Source: Mizuhopecten yessoensis (Eukaryota). Taken from it: 64,000 nt of DNA. Positions 13,001-26,653 of this stretch are shown piece by piece. The notes below the pieces were generated by a model. That model saw only the letters and a program-made list of their open reading frames with translations, did not search any database and was not told the DNA's origin. Where the stretch lies: positions 550,295 to 614,294 of the forward strand of contig NW_018480059.1 of NCBI RefSeq assembly GCF_002113885.1. The letters run 5' to 3'. The first letter of the stretch is position 1, and the number at the start of each line of letters is the position of its first letter. Made by a program: the position numbers and the translations under genes.

Positions 13001-13582
13001 AAAAGACGTAGAAAACAGGGAAAGAAAAAAGATAAAAGAGGCGTGAGTAAGAAAAAAAACCTAGGTTTGTATTTGATGTACAAATACATACTTATTTTAG
13101 AAGAAAGGCCGGTGAAAAGGCTTCATTCATATTAAGCAAACATAATAATAACGTATACAGATTTTGTATATCCAAAACCACATTTAAGTTACAAATATGA
13201 CACTGTATCCAAATTATATTTTATCACTCTCTCGGATGCACACACTCCCACATACATAAACATGCACACCCCTCATCTTCACACGTTTAGATACATGCAT
13301 ATAAAAATTGCAATTTCCTTTCAGCCTTGTCAGACTTTAGTTTGAAATTTAAGATTCAACTCAACATCGCAATTCATTGACGAATGTATGTACAATGTTT
13401 TTTTCCCCACATACACACACTCCATGTCCCTCACATACAAATGTATGTATCTTCATTTTAATCTTTCTCTCAGCCACATAAGGCAATGCAATATTTACCA
13501 TTTGGTCCATAGATAAATGTATACATATAGAGTTGACGATAAAAGATTAATTAAACTATCATTTTACCTAAACATCATGATC

Positions 13583-13790
13583 AGGTTGTCCGGTGGCGCA
13601 GTAGATAGCGCACTTGCATTTCACCAAGGCGGTCGGGGTTCGAGTCCCCGATCGGACAGGAAAATGTATGGGGTAAACTGCCCGACCACGTGGGTTTTCT
13701 TCGTCTACTCCGGTTTCCTCCCACAGTCAGATCCCCCGCGTGCTAACATCCGGGCCAACAAGAGTGATTAATAGAAGTTGTAAATTTGTA
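13583..13790 (+). mobile_element. tRNA-derived SINE with V-domain
   Basis: A box GTGGCGCAGTAG (~13593); B box GGTTCGAGTCC (13637-13647); V-domain-like GTGGGTTTTC..TACTCCGGTTTCCTCCCAC; a related copy lies at 24600-24826. Confidence 0.88.
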
Positions 13791-14212
13791 TGCATAAACA
13801 TAGTATTGGTTTCATCCACAGACAGTTTGTTATATAAAATAGAATGTTAATTTTATGGGATATTGTTGGTATATGTATCTTATAAGAAATCATATGGACT
13901 ACAGCATATAATACATGATAAAAGAAACATCATTTTAAGCATTGGATGTTTTCTACTGTTTTTTGTCAGATTGAAATTCCGTTCGCTGATGTCGGCTCAC
14001 CACTGTCAAACATCTGTGTATTTACCCGGTGATCTATTTGAAAACGTACCAGTGAAATGAGTTCCGAGGCGATCACTAATGATCTTCCGGAAGTGAAATG
14101 TGGGCTGTGAGATAGGTAGGGACCGATAGTCGCCTTGCCAATCAGTAAAGGGGATAAGAATGTGGGAGACATACACTTTCACTACGGTATGCCTGAAACA
14201 GGAATACATGTA

Positions 14213-14330
14213 GTTAATGGCGAGATCAGCAGGAGATGAGGATATGCATGAACTAAAGCGATTCCTGTGTTCGTCCGTCCGTCCGTCTGTCCGTCTTTTT
14301 TGGATTAAGGTTTTGTCCAAACTCTGGAAC
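14213..14330 (+). mobile_element. Possible Helentron/HINE-type remnant
   Basis: (GTCC)n/GTCT microsatellite at ~14270-14295, typical of HINE/DINE-1-like elements; termini not identified. Confidence 0.3.
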
Positions 14331-14645
14331 TAGGTCGCCGTGACTGCGTAGGTAACTGCATACTATACATCCTAACTGTTAGTCATGGCTGTTAGGTCTG
14401 ACGGTGTTATATATAAAGTCAACGTCATCAGCTTTGATGGATGTAAAATCAGCTTTGGTGGATGTAAACCTAATCACACCAGAATAGAAATGAACTACAA
14501 TACTGTACATAATTCAGTTCAATTAGAAAGTAACTATTAGCAAAGGTAATAATTCAAAAATGATCTTATTTCCGAACTCATGTATTTTGAAGTGTATAAT
14601 AGGTAAATGGTAACATTAGAACATACAAGTGATATTAGTCGAAAG

Positions 14646-15350
14646 TACCGCCCACATAATGTACCCACATCACGACAGCCCACATGATGTATCCACATCA
14701 GGACCGCCCACATAATGTATCCACATCAGGACCGCCCACATAATGTATCCACATCAGGACCGCCCACATAATGTACCCACATCAGGACCGCCCCCATAAT
14801 GTATCCACATCAAGACCGCCCACATAATGTATCCACATCACGACCGCCCACATAATGTATCCACATCAAGACCGCCCAAATAATGTACCCACATCACGAC
14901 CGCCCACCTAATGTACCCACATCACGACCGCCCACATAATGTATCCACATCAGGACCGCCCACATAATGTACCCACATCACGACCGCCCACCTAATGTAC
15001 CCACATCACGACCGCCCACATAATGTACCCACATCAGGACCGCCCCCATAATGTACCCACATCACGACCGCCAACATAATGTACCCACATCAGGACCGCC
15101 CACATAATGTATCCACATCAAGACCGCCCAAATAATGTACCCACATCACGACCGCCCACATAATGTACCCACATCACGACAGCCCACATAATGTATCCAC
15201 ATCAGGACCGCCCACATAATGTATCCACATCAAGACCGCCCACATAATGTACCCACATCACGACCGCCCACATAATGTATCCACATCACGACCGCCCACA
15301 TAATGTACCCACATCAGGACCGCCCACATAATGTACCCACATCACGACCG
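14646..15350. repeat. 28-bp minisatellite (CACATAATGTAYCCACATCASGACCGCC), ~25 units
   Basis: Period 28 (14701 to 14729). Confidence 0.97.
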
Positions 15351-15638
15351 CCACACGTTTTTACCCACATCACTAACGCCACACATGTTAACACACATCA
15401 CGACCGCCAACACGTGTTTACACACATCACGACCGCCACACGTGTTTACACACATCACGACCGCCACACGTGTTAACACACACCACGACCGCCACACGTG
15501 TTTACACACATCACGACCGCCACACGTGTTTACACACATCACGACCGAAACGCGTGTTTACCCACATCATTACCGCCACACGTGTTTACACACATCACGA
15601 CCGCTACACGTGTTTACACACATCACGACCGCCACACA
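15351..15638. repeat. 28-bp variant minisatellite (CACACATCACGACCGCCACACGTGTTTA), ~10 units
   Basis: Period 28 (15421 to 15449); shares the ACATCACGACCGCC core with the preceding array. Confidence 0.95.
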
Positions 15639-15640
15639 TG

Positions 15641-16371
15641 GTTATACACGATTATAGAGGTGTAGGATATACAATATTACAGAGGTATAGGGTATACACG
15701 ATTTCAGAGGTGTAGGGTATACACGATTACAGAGGAGTAGGGTATACACGATTACAGAGGTGTAGGGTATACACCATTACAGAGGTGTAGGGTGTACACG
15801 ATTACAGAGGTGTAGGGTATACACGATTACAGAGGTGTATGGTATACACGAGTACAGTGGTGTAGAGTGTACACGATTACAGAGGTGTAGTGTGTAAACG
15901 ATTACAGAGGTGTAGGGTTTACACGATTACAGAGGTGTAGGGTATACACGATTACAGAGGTGTAGAGTGTACACGATTACAGAGGTGTAGGGTATACACG
16001 ATTACAGAGGAGTAGGGTGTACACGATTACAGAGGTGTAGGGTATACACGATTACAGAGATGTAGGGTATATACGATTACAGAGGTGTAGGGTATACACG
16101 ANNNNNNNNNNNNNNNNNNNNNNNNNNNNNNNNNNNNNNNNNNNNNNNNNNNNNNNNNNNNNNNNNNNNNNNNNNNNNNNNNNNNNNNNNNNNNNNNNNN
16201 NNNNNNNNNNNNNNNNNNNNNNNNNNNNNNNNNNNNNNNNNNNNNNNNNNNNNNNNNNNNNNNNNNNNNNNNNNNNNNNNNNNNNNNNNNNNNNNNNNNN
16301 NNNNNNNNNNNNNNNNNNNNNNNNNNNNNNNNNNNNNNNNNNNNNNNNNNNNNNNNNNNNNTAGGGTATAC
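15641..16371. repeat. 25-bp minisatellite (GATTACAGAGGTGTAGGGTATACAC) interrupted by an assembly gap
   Basis: Period 25 (15721 to 15746); TAGGGTATAC resumes after the gap. Confidence 0.95.
16102..16361. other. Assembly gap (260 N)
   Basis: Run of N within the satellite. Confidence 1.
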
Positions 16372-17124
16372 TTTATAAGGTACATTAAGGTATACAAATG
16401 CAGACAAAATATTCCAACAAAATCTACACCTAAGATAAGTTTTTGTTTTCTGTTTCAATATCTGATCATTTTTATTGCTAATTCACAGTTGCCCAAACTA
16501 TGTGTTAAATTCACACAAAGTCATAACTCATGACTTGGGATAATATTTACATCATGTTTTATATCATGACTATAAGTGTATTCCTAATGTGAAGCGGGGT
16601 CCAGCTGTTAGTTCTCTTGACTTCCTCGGGAAAACATTGACACATTTGATTGTTCTCCTTGGAACATAATGTATAATCTGTTTCGGATATTCTTTCACAT
16701 CTATCCAGGTGGCAGAGACCAGATTTGCATGGGGTACTCCCAAACCAACGCATGTGAAGCATATACGTTTCTACTAGCTTCTATCAGGTCACCGGTCATC
16801 GACTTGACCGAAGTGAGCGAGTTATTGAACCTAGAGTGCCACTCTCCCTCCGTAGCTTTGACTATTGCGTCCTCCCATTATTGCGTCTGGTACTTCAGCA
16901 GGAAAGCTCTATCAACTGTGTTGTCAATATTCAGTTTCCGTTAATTGGTACCGGTTAGGACCAATGCTTCTGTCATGGCTACCTATAGCTTCCAGTACCA
17001 GTATTCTCTGGGTAGATGAGACATGTTGGTTTAATAGGAGTCTCGGTGAACCCCTGTGTCCTGATACAATTTGAAAATAAACTGTAGTTAGAAAAACATG
17101 ATGACTAATAATCACCTACAGTGT

Positions 17125-19960
17125 TACAGATACAGATACAGATACAGAAGCTTTATTTTACGTCGAATATTATAAACATACAACATAAGCTACGAAGGGC
17201 TTGTATTTCGACAAACACATGTAAAGAACAAAATACATAACAAGAAAACTTGTACAAAAATACATACATATTGAAACGTTAAACAGTAAAAATATGAAGC
17301 ATATAAAGCATGTACAGCACATTTGCAGAAAATAAACATATGACAAAAGCATCAAATTGTAAACTACAAAGCTGACAAAAAGCACAGAGCCATATGTAAA
17401 GCTGTACGTTATATTTTAAACAATACACTTCAGCCAGCACAGGACACATACAAAGCAGGAAAAATAGGTAGCCAAAAACGCTAACCAACACATAAAGTGC
17501 ATCCGCACTCGGGCCCGTCCCACCTACGGATCAGTCTGCCGAACTCGGAGTAGTTCTCCACTTTACGCAATTCGTTCGGCAGGCTGTTCCATATGCGGGC
17601 GCCCTCATAGCGGAAGGACCTCTTTCCATACCTGGTGGTGTTGACCCTTGGAAGCTGTGCTGTATTTTCATTCCTAAATGAATAAGATGAACATTTTATA
17701 TTTATTATTTCTTGTAGGTAGTCAGGAGATAACTTATTAACAATTTTAAAAACTTCGCAAGCAATGAGTTTCATGCGAGTAATATGTAAATAATATGAGT
17801 CTGTGCTCGATAAAATATCCTTGTAGTCTGAGATATAATCATTTAGTACAAAACAGAGTCCTCTCTGCTGGATTTTTTCCATTTTGTTTGTGCTAGATGT
17901 ATTACAAAAGTGCCAAATAACAGGACAAAAATTAAAGTTTGACATTACAAAGGATTTGAGAATTAACATTTTTACATTTTTTGGTAAGGAGTTTCCAATT
18001 CGCTTGAGTACCACCAACTGTTTTGAGGCTTTCCTACATAGCTCTGAGATGTGTTGGTTAAAATTTAATTTTGAATCTATATTTACTCCAAGTAGCTTTA
18101 CATTTTCTTCACAGTCAATTTTTACTCCTTCAATTTCGAAATTTGTTAAATCATTTTGATTTTTTCCAAAATAAATTGCCTGAAACTTATCTGGGTTGGC
18201 TTGCATTCCGTTAGATTTAAACCAATCGATCAGGACTTTAGCTTCTCTTTCAAGGACCTTCTTTAACACATCAACATTCTTGTTTTCATAACTTAAAGTG
18301 TTATCATCAGCATAATTGTACAATACCGAGTCCTTAATCTTATAAAAATATGTCATTAATAAATATATTAAAAACCAATGGTCCCAGTATGGAGCCCTGG
18401 TGTACCCCCTTCTTCAGTAGTCTCCATTCACTGGTGTTGGGCCCCAGCTTCACCCTCTGGCTCCTGTTCCCCAGGTAGCTCTGGAGGAGGCGCACAGCCC
18501 CCTCCCCTACTCCATATGCAGAGAGTTTCCTGAGGAACAGGTCATGCGGAAGACAGTCGAAGGCCTTGGAAAGGTCCATTAGTATAGCACCAACATGGTG
18601 GTGGTCATCCAAGGCCCTCTTCCAGTCCTCCAGCATGCGCAGCAGGGTGGTCTGGCACCCATAACCCCTCCTGTAGGCACTGAGAAACGGGTGAAAAATA
18701 TCGTTAAAAAATGTGGACATTTGATCATGTATGATCCTTTCGAAAACTTTCGAAATGCTTGGAAGAATATTCACAGGCCTATAATTTGACTTTTCTAGTG
18801 AGTCTTTTTCTTATAAATAGGAATGACCTGTGCTAATTTTATATTTTCCGGAAAAATGCATTGATTAAAAGAAAAAATTATCATATTTGCAAAAGCAATA
18901 CTGATTGGATCAGTGCATGCTTTTATTTTTTTTGCTGATATACCGTCTACTCCAGTGGCTTTTTGCACTGTCTTACTGCAAACTGGAGTAATGAAAAATG
19001 TTCCGGGATATTTATTTTGACTTTTATGTCTTCCACACTTCAGTGTGTTTCCAGCCATTTAATTTTTTACCAATGTCATCTGCAACACTTGCGAAAAAGT
19101 CGTTAAAAAGTTTACTCACACATATTTGGTCAGATATTACCTTGTTGTTTTCCAACAGCAAAATATCATTATCACCGCCGAGGGACTTTTTAGATAGGAA
19201 AGGTTTGATGGTTGGCCAGAAGTCTTTAGACTCTGGTCCCCCACCACACCTTTCTATAAAATACTCGGTCATAGATAGTTTCTTCAATTTATTGACCAGA
19301 TTTCTCTGTTTTCTGTATTGCTCCAAGTTATAGCTATTTCTGATCTTAGTGTACTTGTTGTATAGCATACGTTTTTTATATATTGCTTTTCTAAAATGTC
19401 CATTCATGTATGGGAGCTTACTAGGCTTGGCCTTTCGTTCTTTGAGGGGTGCATGCTCATCTATTAGATCCTGCAGTAGTTTTTCATGGCCCCAGTATAT
19501 ATCATTTATATCATCAAAAACGTACATTGCATGAAAAGGGGCTTTGTTTACGTCATCTGAGAAAGAAGTTTCATCAAAATTTTTGAAGCTTCTGTATGTA
19601 CATGATTTTTTTTCAAATCTAGGTGTGTTGCCCTTAATAACACATCCTACCATATCATGCCAGTCACTGATACCACATCTGCAGTTCGTGACACGCATAC
19701 AGTATTTGGGTTGGTTTGTTAAAATTACATCTACAAGTGAAGGAGAACAGTTTATCACATGACAGGTTGCATCTTTAACAATGTTATGTAAATCGAAAAT
19801 GTCGCATACATCATTTAATGTGGAACTTTTTCCTTTATCCAACATGTCATAATTTAAATCACCTAATATCATGATATTGTCAAAATTGGTACTAATCCTA
19901 TCTAGACCAATGGTCATCTGGTCTTTAAAGAGTTCGTTGCCAATATCGGGTGGTCTATAC
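17125..19960 (-). mobile_element. 5'-truncated CR1/L2-group (Crack-like) LINE, ORF2 broken by three frameshifts
   Basis: YRPP at the truncation point; APE (ILGDLNYD, SLVDVILTN, ISDWHD); RT (KATGVDGI, MDLSKAFDCLPH, QGSILGP, YADD at 18303-18314); C-terminal WDGPECGCTLC; 3' UTR with AATAAA (~17152-17157) and (TCTGTA)n tail at 17125-17148. Confidence 0.96.
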
Positions 19961-20143
19961 TTGTGATAAGATAGTGGGACATGTTAATTAGTGATGACAA
20001 TGTAGAGGGACACCCAGATTACTTGTGATAAGATAGTGGGACATGTTAATTTGTGATGACAATATAGAGGGACACCCAGATTACTTGTGATAAGATTAGA
20101 CCTGTGATAAGATAGTGGGACATGCTAATTTGTGGTGACAATG
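19958..20143. repeat. 62-bp tandem repeat, ~3 units, abutting the LINE 5' end
   Basis: TACTTGTGATAAGAT... at 19958, 20020 and 20082, with a partial unit after. Confidence 0.9.
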
Positions 20144-23100
20144 TTAACGTTACTTGTAAAGATTTATTTATTTTGATTTTCTTTTAATTTGACACTAGAT
20201 GAAGTCTTCTAGGTTTTGATGCTTATCATAATGAATTAATTTGCTCTTCAAATTAGACCGTGTTTAATTTGTTATTACATTACTGATTTATTAACAATTT
20301 ACAATTCCATTTAAATGTCCAATTGTACGGCGGACGAAAGATAAAAGTTCCCATCATCAATTCATGAAAAACATAAAATGCAACCTGGCAAGACATTAAG
20401 AAAAAACACAATGATTTGTTTTTCTCTCCATCATCTGTGTACTCATCACTAAAACGCATCATCAGGCCATTGAGTCGGACATGATATCCTCCTGATTAAT
20501 GGTCAGAAGACATCTAATGTTTTCCCATCTTAACATCCAACTCGTCAGCCAAAGCGGGAAGGAGAAAATAATTACATGTTACATATAGATTGGCGCTGGC
20601 TAGACTCTCAATCCAGGCATGAAATCATCCCATCATGAATGGAACCGAATGATTTTCCTTCAACGTGAAACGTTCCACAGAGGAGTGATGAAGAACGAGA
20701 AATATCGAATGAATCAGAGAACAAACCTATAATCTGCTAGTTTGTCGATGTTGTTGTTTGTCTTCTCGTTTTAATCTTGTGACCTCCGATGTTTAACTTG
20801 GTGTAAATTGGCACACAGTTTCCGGCTAAGATTGATGCTGGATAGATCAGAGGATATTGCTTTCGGATATATATCTCGCTAAGTCGCCAGCGCTTATTGA
20901 TCAAATTGCCGAAAATGTTCAAATTTACGAATTATCTAGCCATTTATAATTTGATGTTGTTGAGCAAATAATTGACTGATGGTCTTCGAAAGAGCAATCT
21001 TCATCAATTTCGATTATATTTGCATGATGACGACACCATTGCCATGGTGATAAATGTGATATCGTTTGGTCCCAGACACCTTTCTCTGTATGCGCTTGCG
21101 CATATGAGCAAATACCCATATGACCGGATACCCAATTAATTAGAAATGTTGCCTTACAAGGGAGGCAGGGTATTTGATTTACAACTCCTAAATGAGACAA
21201 ACGAGAGCAATTTTCGGGTCAAATCTAGAATGTCATCATGAATTCTAGTCTGCATACAAAGTTTATCCGTTTACACTATCAATTGAAGTATGAGATTGAA
21301 AAGAAAGCGAGAAAAGAAAACATATTGTATCATTTGAAATACATTTATCTACATACCGACAATTCATCATGTCTGTCCTGTCCTTAACTTGAAAATGAAG
21401 GCACATTGGACCAATAGTCAAATGCAAAAAAATGTTATTTGAAAAACAAATCACTACCATTGATTCGCCTATTTGTCAAGATAGGGATAATGACAACGTT
21501 TACAATTAATTACCTGATGTCAACGGTAAACTGATTAGATGTATTTAAAGGCCAAGGTATTGCCCTCACGTAAAAAATGTTTTTTGTTGAAAATGGTAAC
21601 ATTGAAAAATTATAAAAAAGTGTTAAAAGCAAAATTCATTAGATACGTTCTAAGCTTTAAAACATTTAGGAAATATATCAATCTGCAACATAATACTTAT
21701 AGAAAAAAAAAATCATTCACGACCATTCTTTATCGCTATAGCAAATAATTTTCACTTATTTGTAAAACAGTTTGTCGTTTAGTTAAGAAACTAATTATTT
21801 CTGTTTTGTATTAAGTGGCGTGGTCCTTTTTATACTTAATGGTGAAAAGATTTGACTAAGTGTGGAAACGTAATTATGCGTGATGATGCCAAAATTTAAG
21901 TGTAAGAATCCATTGCCCTCATCTTATTTTATGTGTTGGATATCAAACTTGCTCGAAATAAATATCTTCAAAAGGAAAAGAAAGAATAAATAAAAAAAAT
22001 ATTTAAAAAAAAAAATTGTATAAATGCTTCATCTACTTAAGCATATGATTGGGTCTGGATTTTAACAAATGTAAAAGATAATTAATGAGTATTAGAAACA
22101 TTGTAAGTACAGAAATTCAGATAACCTTTCAGCATTTAGCTTCACACATGCTCTTTATGCAGTCGTTTTATTCCAAATATTGTTAAATAAGAATCAACTT
22201 TACTAAAAAAGAGTCAAAGAAGGTTCCATCAAATGATGCTGAGCAGAGTGGAAAAGGAATCTGGTCCATCTATATTATCCAAATAAGCAAAACAAGTGCA
22301 AATGTTACTTTTTGCAAAGTATTCTTCATAGTAAATAAGGCGCTTGACTGAAAGTTCACGTTTATTTACAAGTTAAGTTTGCTCATAACTTTGTACAATT
22401 AATAGTTTGTAATAAGACAAAATTGAAAAAATGTGTAACAAAATCTGATTGTACAGTCAGACATACAGACACATAAGTCAAATCAGCGGATGTACTTCTG
22501 ATAACATCACAGTACATGGACTAATGTTATTGATTTAGGACCTAGGAGATATTCGTTTTGTCGAATTAGCTGTCTTCAATGTGAACCCGTAGCAGGAGCA
22601 CATTATCAATGTCTGGCTGATGACTTTTAAAAATGAATTTATTTGTAGTATTACGGATTAAATTCAGCCGTTGTTTGGCATTTCGCCGTATGTGCTCCAC
22701 TAATGTACGTGTTTTTATTCAAGTTTTCGACTCATACGTCATCGATTTTTGTGCTGAAATTAAATCCTAACAATCAATTTCGTGTTTGGGGGTGATAAAT
22801 ATTTTGTTGCGGAGTGATAAATGAGTAAGTTAGCAGCAGGTGTGTGATTGTATCTCTCCATTAAATAGAGTCTTGTTTATATTCGCTAGGATTTTGTCTT
22901 ACTTGTGTAGTTGATAAATCAATAGTAATTATATTACCGCTGTAATATTCGGACCCATTCGGAGTACATGTTAATCTGTTTCCTGTTGTTACATTAATCC
23001 TGCATGCATTCAACGAATAACTGGTTTTGAAGAGAGATTGTCAATGCATTTGTGTAGATATGTTTTCACTGAACAGAAGTATTCTCTAGTGAATTGAAAA

Positions 23101-24599
23101 AACAAAATCTTCATTTTGTAAAAATACCTTTATAAGGTAAGTTAAATCATGACTTAACAGCGCTATCAGAGCAATATATACCTCATTCATTGCCATTTTA
23201 GCTTCTGAGCAACATAGTAGCATTTATTCTTTCTGCAGACTCTTTTTAAAAACCCTGACTCTTAACCATACATAATTGGAAAACATAGTTTTTCTTCTTT
23301 AAATTTCTTTAATGATAGATATCAGTCTGAAAAAATACCATGGTTCCTGTTCCATATACAAGCGTTCCCATGATTCTTATGAATATTCAAATTCACCGGT
23401 GATTATATCTATATAAGTCATCCCCCAGAAATTAGTCATAGGGTTTCCTAAATCCTTTACACCGAAAAAACCTAGTGAAGACACGGTTCGGTTTGATCTC
23501 CCAGCTGTGGATCCTGTCCCCTTGTCAATCCAGGTATCTTATTTACCTGATAAATTCAATTTTAAGGTTCAACTTTTTAACTTTTTGAATTGTCCGTTAA
23601 TCTGCAAGGTATTCAATTGAACCATTCAAAAGTCTCCTTCAAGGCAGCGCTTACATGTGTAGACAAGGATATTGAAAATAGTTTGATAATGAGTCAGGGA
23701 TAAGCGCTGATGTGACCATGATGGCTGATCAGAACAAGGTCTCCAACGTTTTAACAGACAACAGGAAATGGACACAAGACTTACCATTATGATATTTGCT
23801 TTAAAAAAGTTCTGATGTTGTCCAAAAAAGTAATTAGGTGGAATAAGTGAATAAATGAAAACACGGTTTACATGTTTATACAATATGTAAACAAACAAGG
23901 ACAAACATTTTGTAAATTAAGAAGGTAATTTGAAATAAGTACATGCAAATATGTAACACTCCAATAGAAATCTGATGTATTAGAAAATCTGGCAATACGC
24001 CACCTTAATTATAACAATGTTGTACTCGCATTCTAAACCAATGGTTTAGGAAGTTTAAACTTTTGTTATTGCCATCAATTTTTGGTATATAGATATGCGT
24101 GAGTTGTGTGTATAAATGGTGTAATCACGTACTGAATATATTAGTTGCTGTTTAGTATACTTGGTGATAGGTTTACATAAGTGTCTGTGACACTTGTTTC
24201 CATTTTTCCTTTGTCTTTTCTGTTCATTGTAATAACATGCCTGAACTGAAATAAAAGAAAGTTTAAACTAAACCAATGGTTTGCATCTAAATACAATTAT
24301 TAACCGTGAGCGTCATTAAAATTCTAAATAAATTATTATCAAGTCAACCACGTATTGATCAAAAAACAAATACAAAATTTTATAAAATAATATCATGTTA
24401 TTATGGACATAATTATACAAACGCATCACATACATTATGTAAAAAGTATTTATTTACTGTACGCATTTAATATAATTTGAGGAAAATGTGTATTCTAAAA
24501 TTAAAGTAAATTAGTTCAGTAGCTAAGCAAAAATATTTGTGCTGTTTTGACCTATACGAAATTATTATACATTATTCCAATTATTTTGCAATACGCATT

Positions 24600-24826
24600 G
24601 TATATTTATTTTACAACAATTATGAAACAAGTTATGTCAACTAACGTTAATCAATCTTGTTGGCCCGGTTGTTAGCGCACGGATGTGGGAGGAAACCGGA
24701 CTACTAGGAGAAAAACCACGTGGTCGTACAGGTGACCCCATACCTTTTCAACGTCCGATTAGGGAATCGAACCCAGACCGCCTTGGTGAAAGGCAAATGC
24801 GTTTTCCACTGTGCCAACTTACCACC
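24600..24826 (-). mobile_element. tRNA-derived V-domain SINE (second copy)
   Basis: Reverse complement aligns with 13583-13790: B box GGTTCGATTCC, TCCGGTTTCCTCCCAC, GGGCCAACAAGA; tail ends in AATAAA. Confidence 0.88.
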
Positions 24827-26556
24827 AAAATATGATTAGAGGAAGGATTCCAAATGATTTAAAGTTTCAGACATCATAAAGTGATATTCAGTCTTGCAAC
24901 CATAACTTTGTATAAAAATGCATTTATTGTAAATTTTTGACGCAAGAAATTCACATATGAAATAATGATAATATAGATAATGAACAGAAATCAACAATAG
25001 TTCAAGACAGTTCACAAATTATTTATCCACAGAAAGAATCAACAACACCAAACTCTTTTATGGAAGTGATAAACAACATTTTGAATACAGCCATCACACT
25101 TTTTATACATCGTAAGTGATACATTTCTGTCAAAATATCCTGACAAAGGAAACAATAATAAACTCGGAGTGAAGAAAAAAAGATAAAAGAAACGCAATAA
25201 AATACAAAATTAAACAATCATTGTGCGAATTGTTTAATTACAATAAAAACATCAGAAGTATATTCATATTATACTGCACATGTTTGAGTGTCATCTAAAG
25301 TACAATACATTGTACATGTCAATGACATGACAGCACATCACGTTACTTATGATACAGCTTAGACTGTCACTTATAATACAGCACAGAATGTCACTATAAT
25401 AAACAAAATTCAAAAGTAATTATGAATACTAAAAAATAAATGTAGCAAGGCAGACAAAATTAACAAAATGAAATTTACTTTGAAATATCATTTCTCGAGT
25501 TTTGAAATATCATTATAACAAACGGAACAGAAGAAATTGACAGAGTTAATCATGTGATGGGGGTGTTAGATGTAATCCCGGGGTCAATACACAAATCAAG
25601 TGTGAGTATCGTGTTCTCAATAAGTGCCGGCCATCACACAATCCATAAACGACAGAAAATTAATTCATCACCATAAAAAGCCGTGTCAGGAATGCCGTCT
25701 CTGATAAATGGCGACCATTAACGGTGCTCGTTAGACGCCTCCCGATCACAAGTGTTTGGTAGTCAAAAAGCAAGACACGCTTTGTTACCGCCGCCATCTT
25801 AACATTGTCGTTGGAACCATTTAAGATTATCCCCTTTGCTACTCCGTGTCTCGATGATCGTTTGTAACGGCTAATGTTATTACAAATATACATTTCCTAA
25901 TTGGAAATGTTTGTTGGACACAGGTCAGGAGCCGGTCCCCCGATGTATACTCTATCCCAATATCAGACATGTTCGCGTCCATCGCCATCAGTCTGCTACA
26001 CTTCATAGCATGGTTAGAAACGAACGATTAAGATATTTCTTAGGAGAAATAAATTTTGTGGGAAATTTTCCCGTCTTATCATTCATGTTATTGTTTAACT
26101 GCTTAACTATTGATTTGAACATTAGTGTACTACATTGCACATTCTATGTTAACATATTTTGTTTCTCTTTCAAATCTCTTAATTTGATGTGGATGCTTAC
26201 TCAAACGATTTTCCTTTTACGGAGGAATTCAATTCAGCTGATCATTTTTCGCCAAACAGTATGCAAGTGTATGAAAACTCCATTTGCATAAATGATAGTA
26301 TGTTGTCATATCGTCCCTAGCTATGGTCTGAAGTTGATTTTAATGTGTTCGGGAAATGTGAAATCAGGTAATGTCATGCAATCATTCCGATTATGTTATT
26401 TTTATTAGAGTAAAATGTTTCAAAATAGATAGATAAATAAATAACATTGGTACATGAAAATGTATATATTACTCACTGGATGTACGAAATAGAAGCACCT
26501 GTTTGTAAATCTTGTTTGTAGGTGCAGAAAGTGGCACAAAGTAAACATTGATTGCG

Positions 26557-26653
26557 TCATAGAGGCATTTAGTGTACGTAGGTCGCATATCATAGGGGCA
26601 TTTAGTGTATGTAGGTCGCATGTCATAGGGGCATTTAGTGTATGTAGGTCGCA
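26557..26653. repeat. 33-bp tandem repeat x3
   Basis: TCATAGGGGCATTTAGTGTATGTAGGTCGCATR. Confidence 0.9.

Noticed and set aside
13583-13655. tRNA gene
   Set aside because: A and B boxes are present but continue into a V-domain SINE body, with a second dispersed copy; it is a SINE head.
13955-14200. Possible exon after the acceptor-like TTTTTTGTCAG
   Set aside because: Stops in the frames examined, no recognisable protein motif and no partner exons.
15331-15715. His/Thr-rich ORFs; also Cys-rich ORFs at 36063-36483 and 26420-26665
   Set aside because: Translations of tandem repeats.
16027-16458. ORFs spanning the N run
   Set aside because: Artefacts of the assembly gap.
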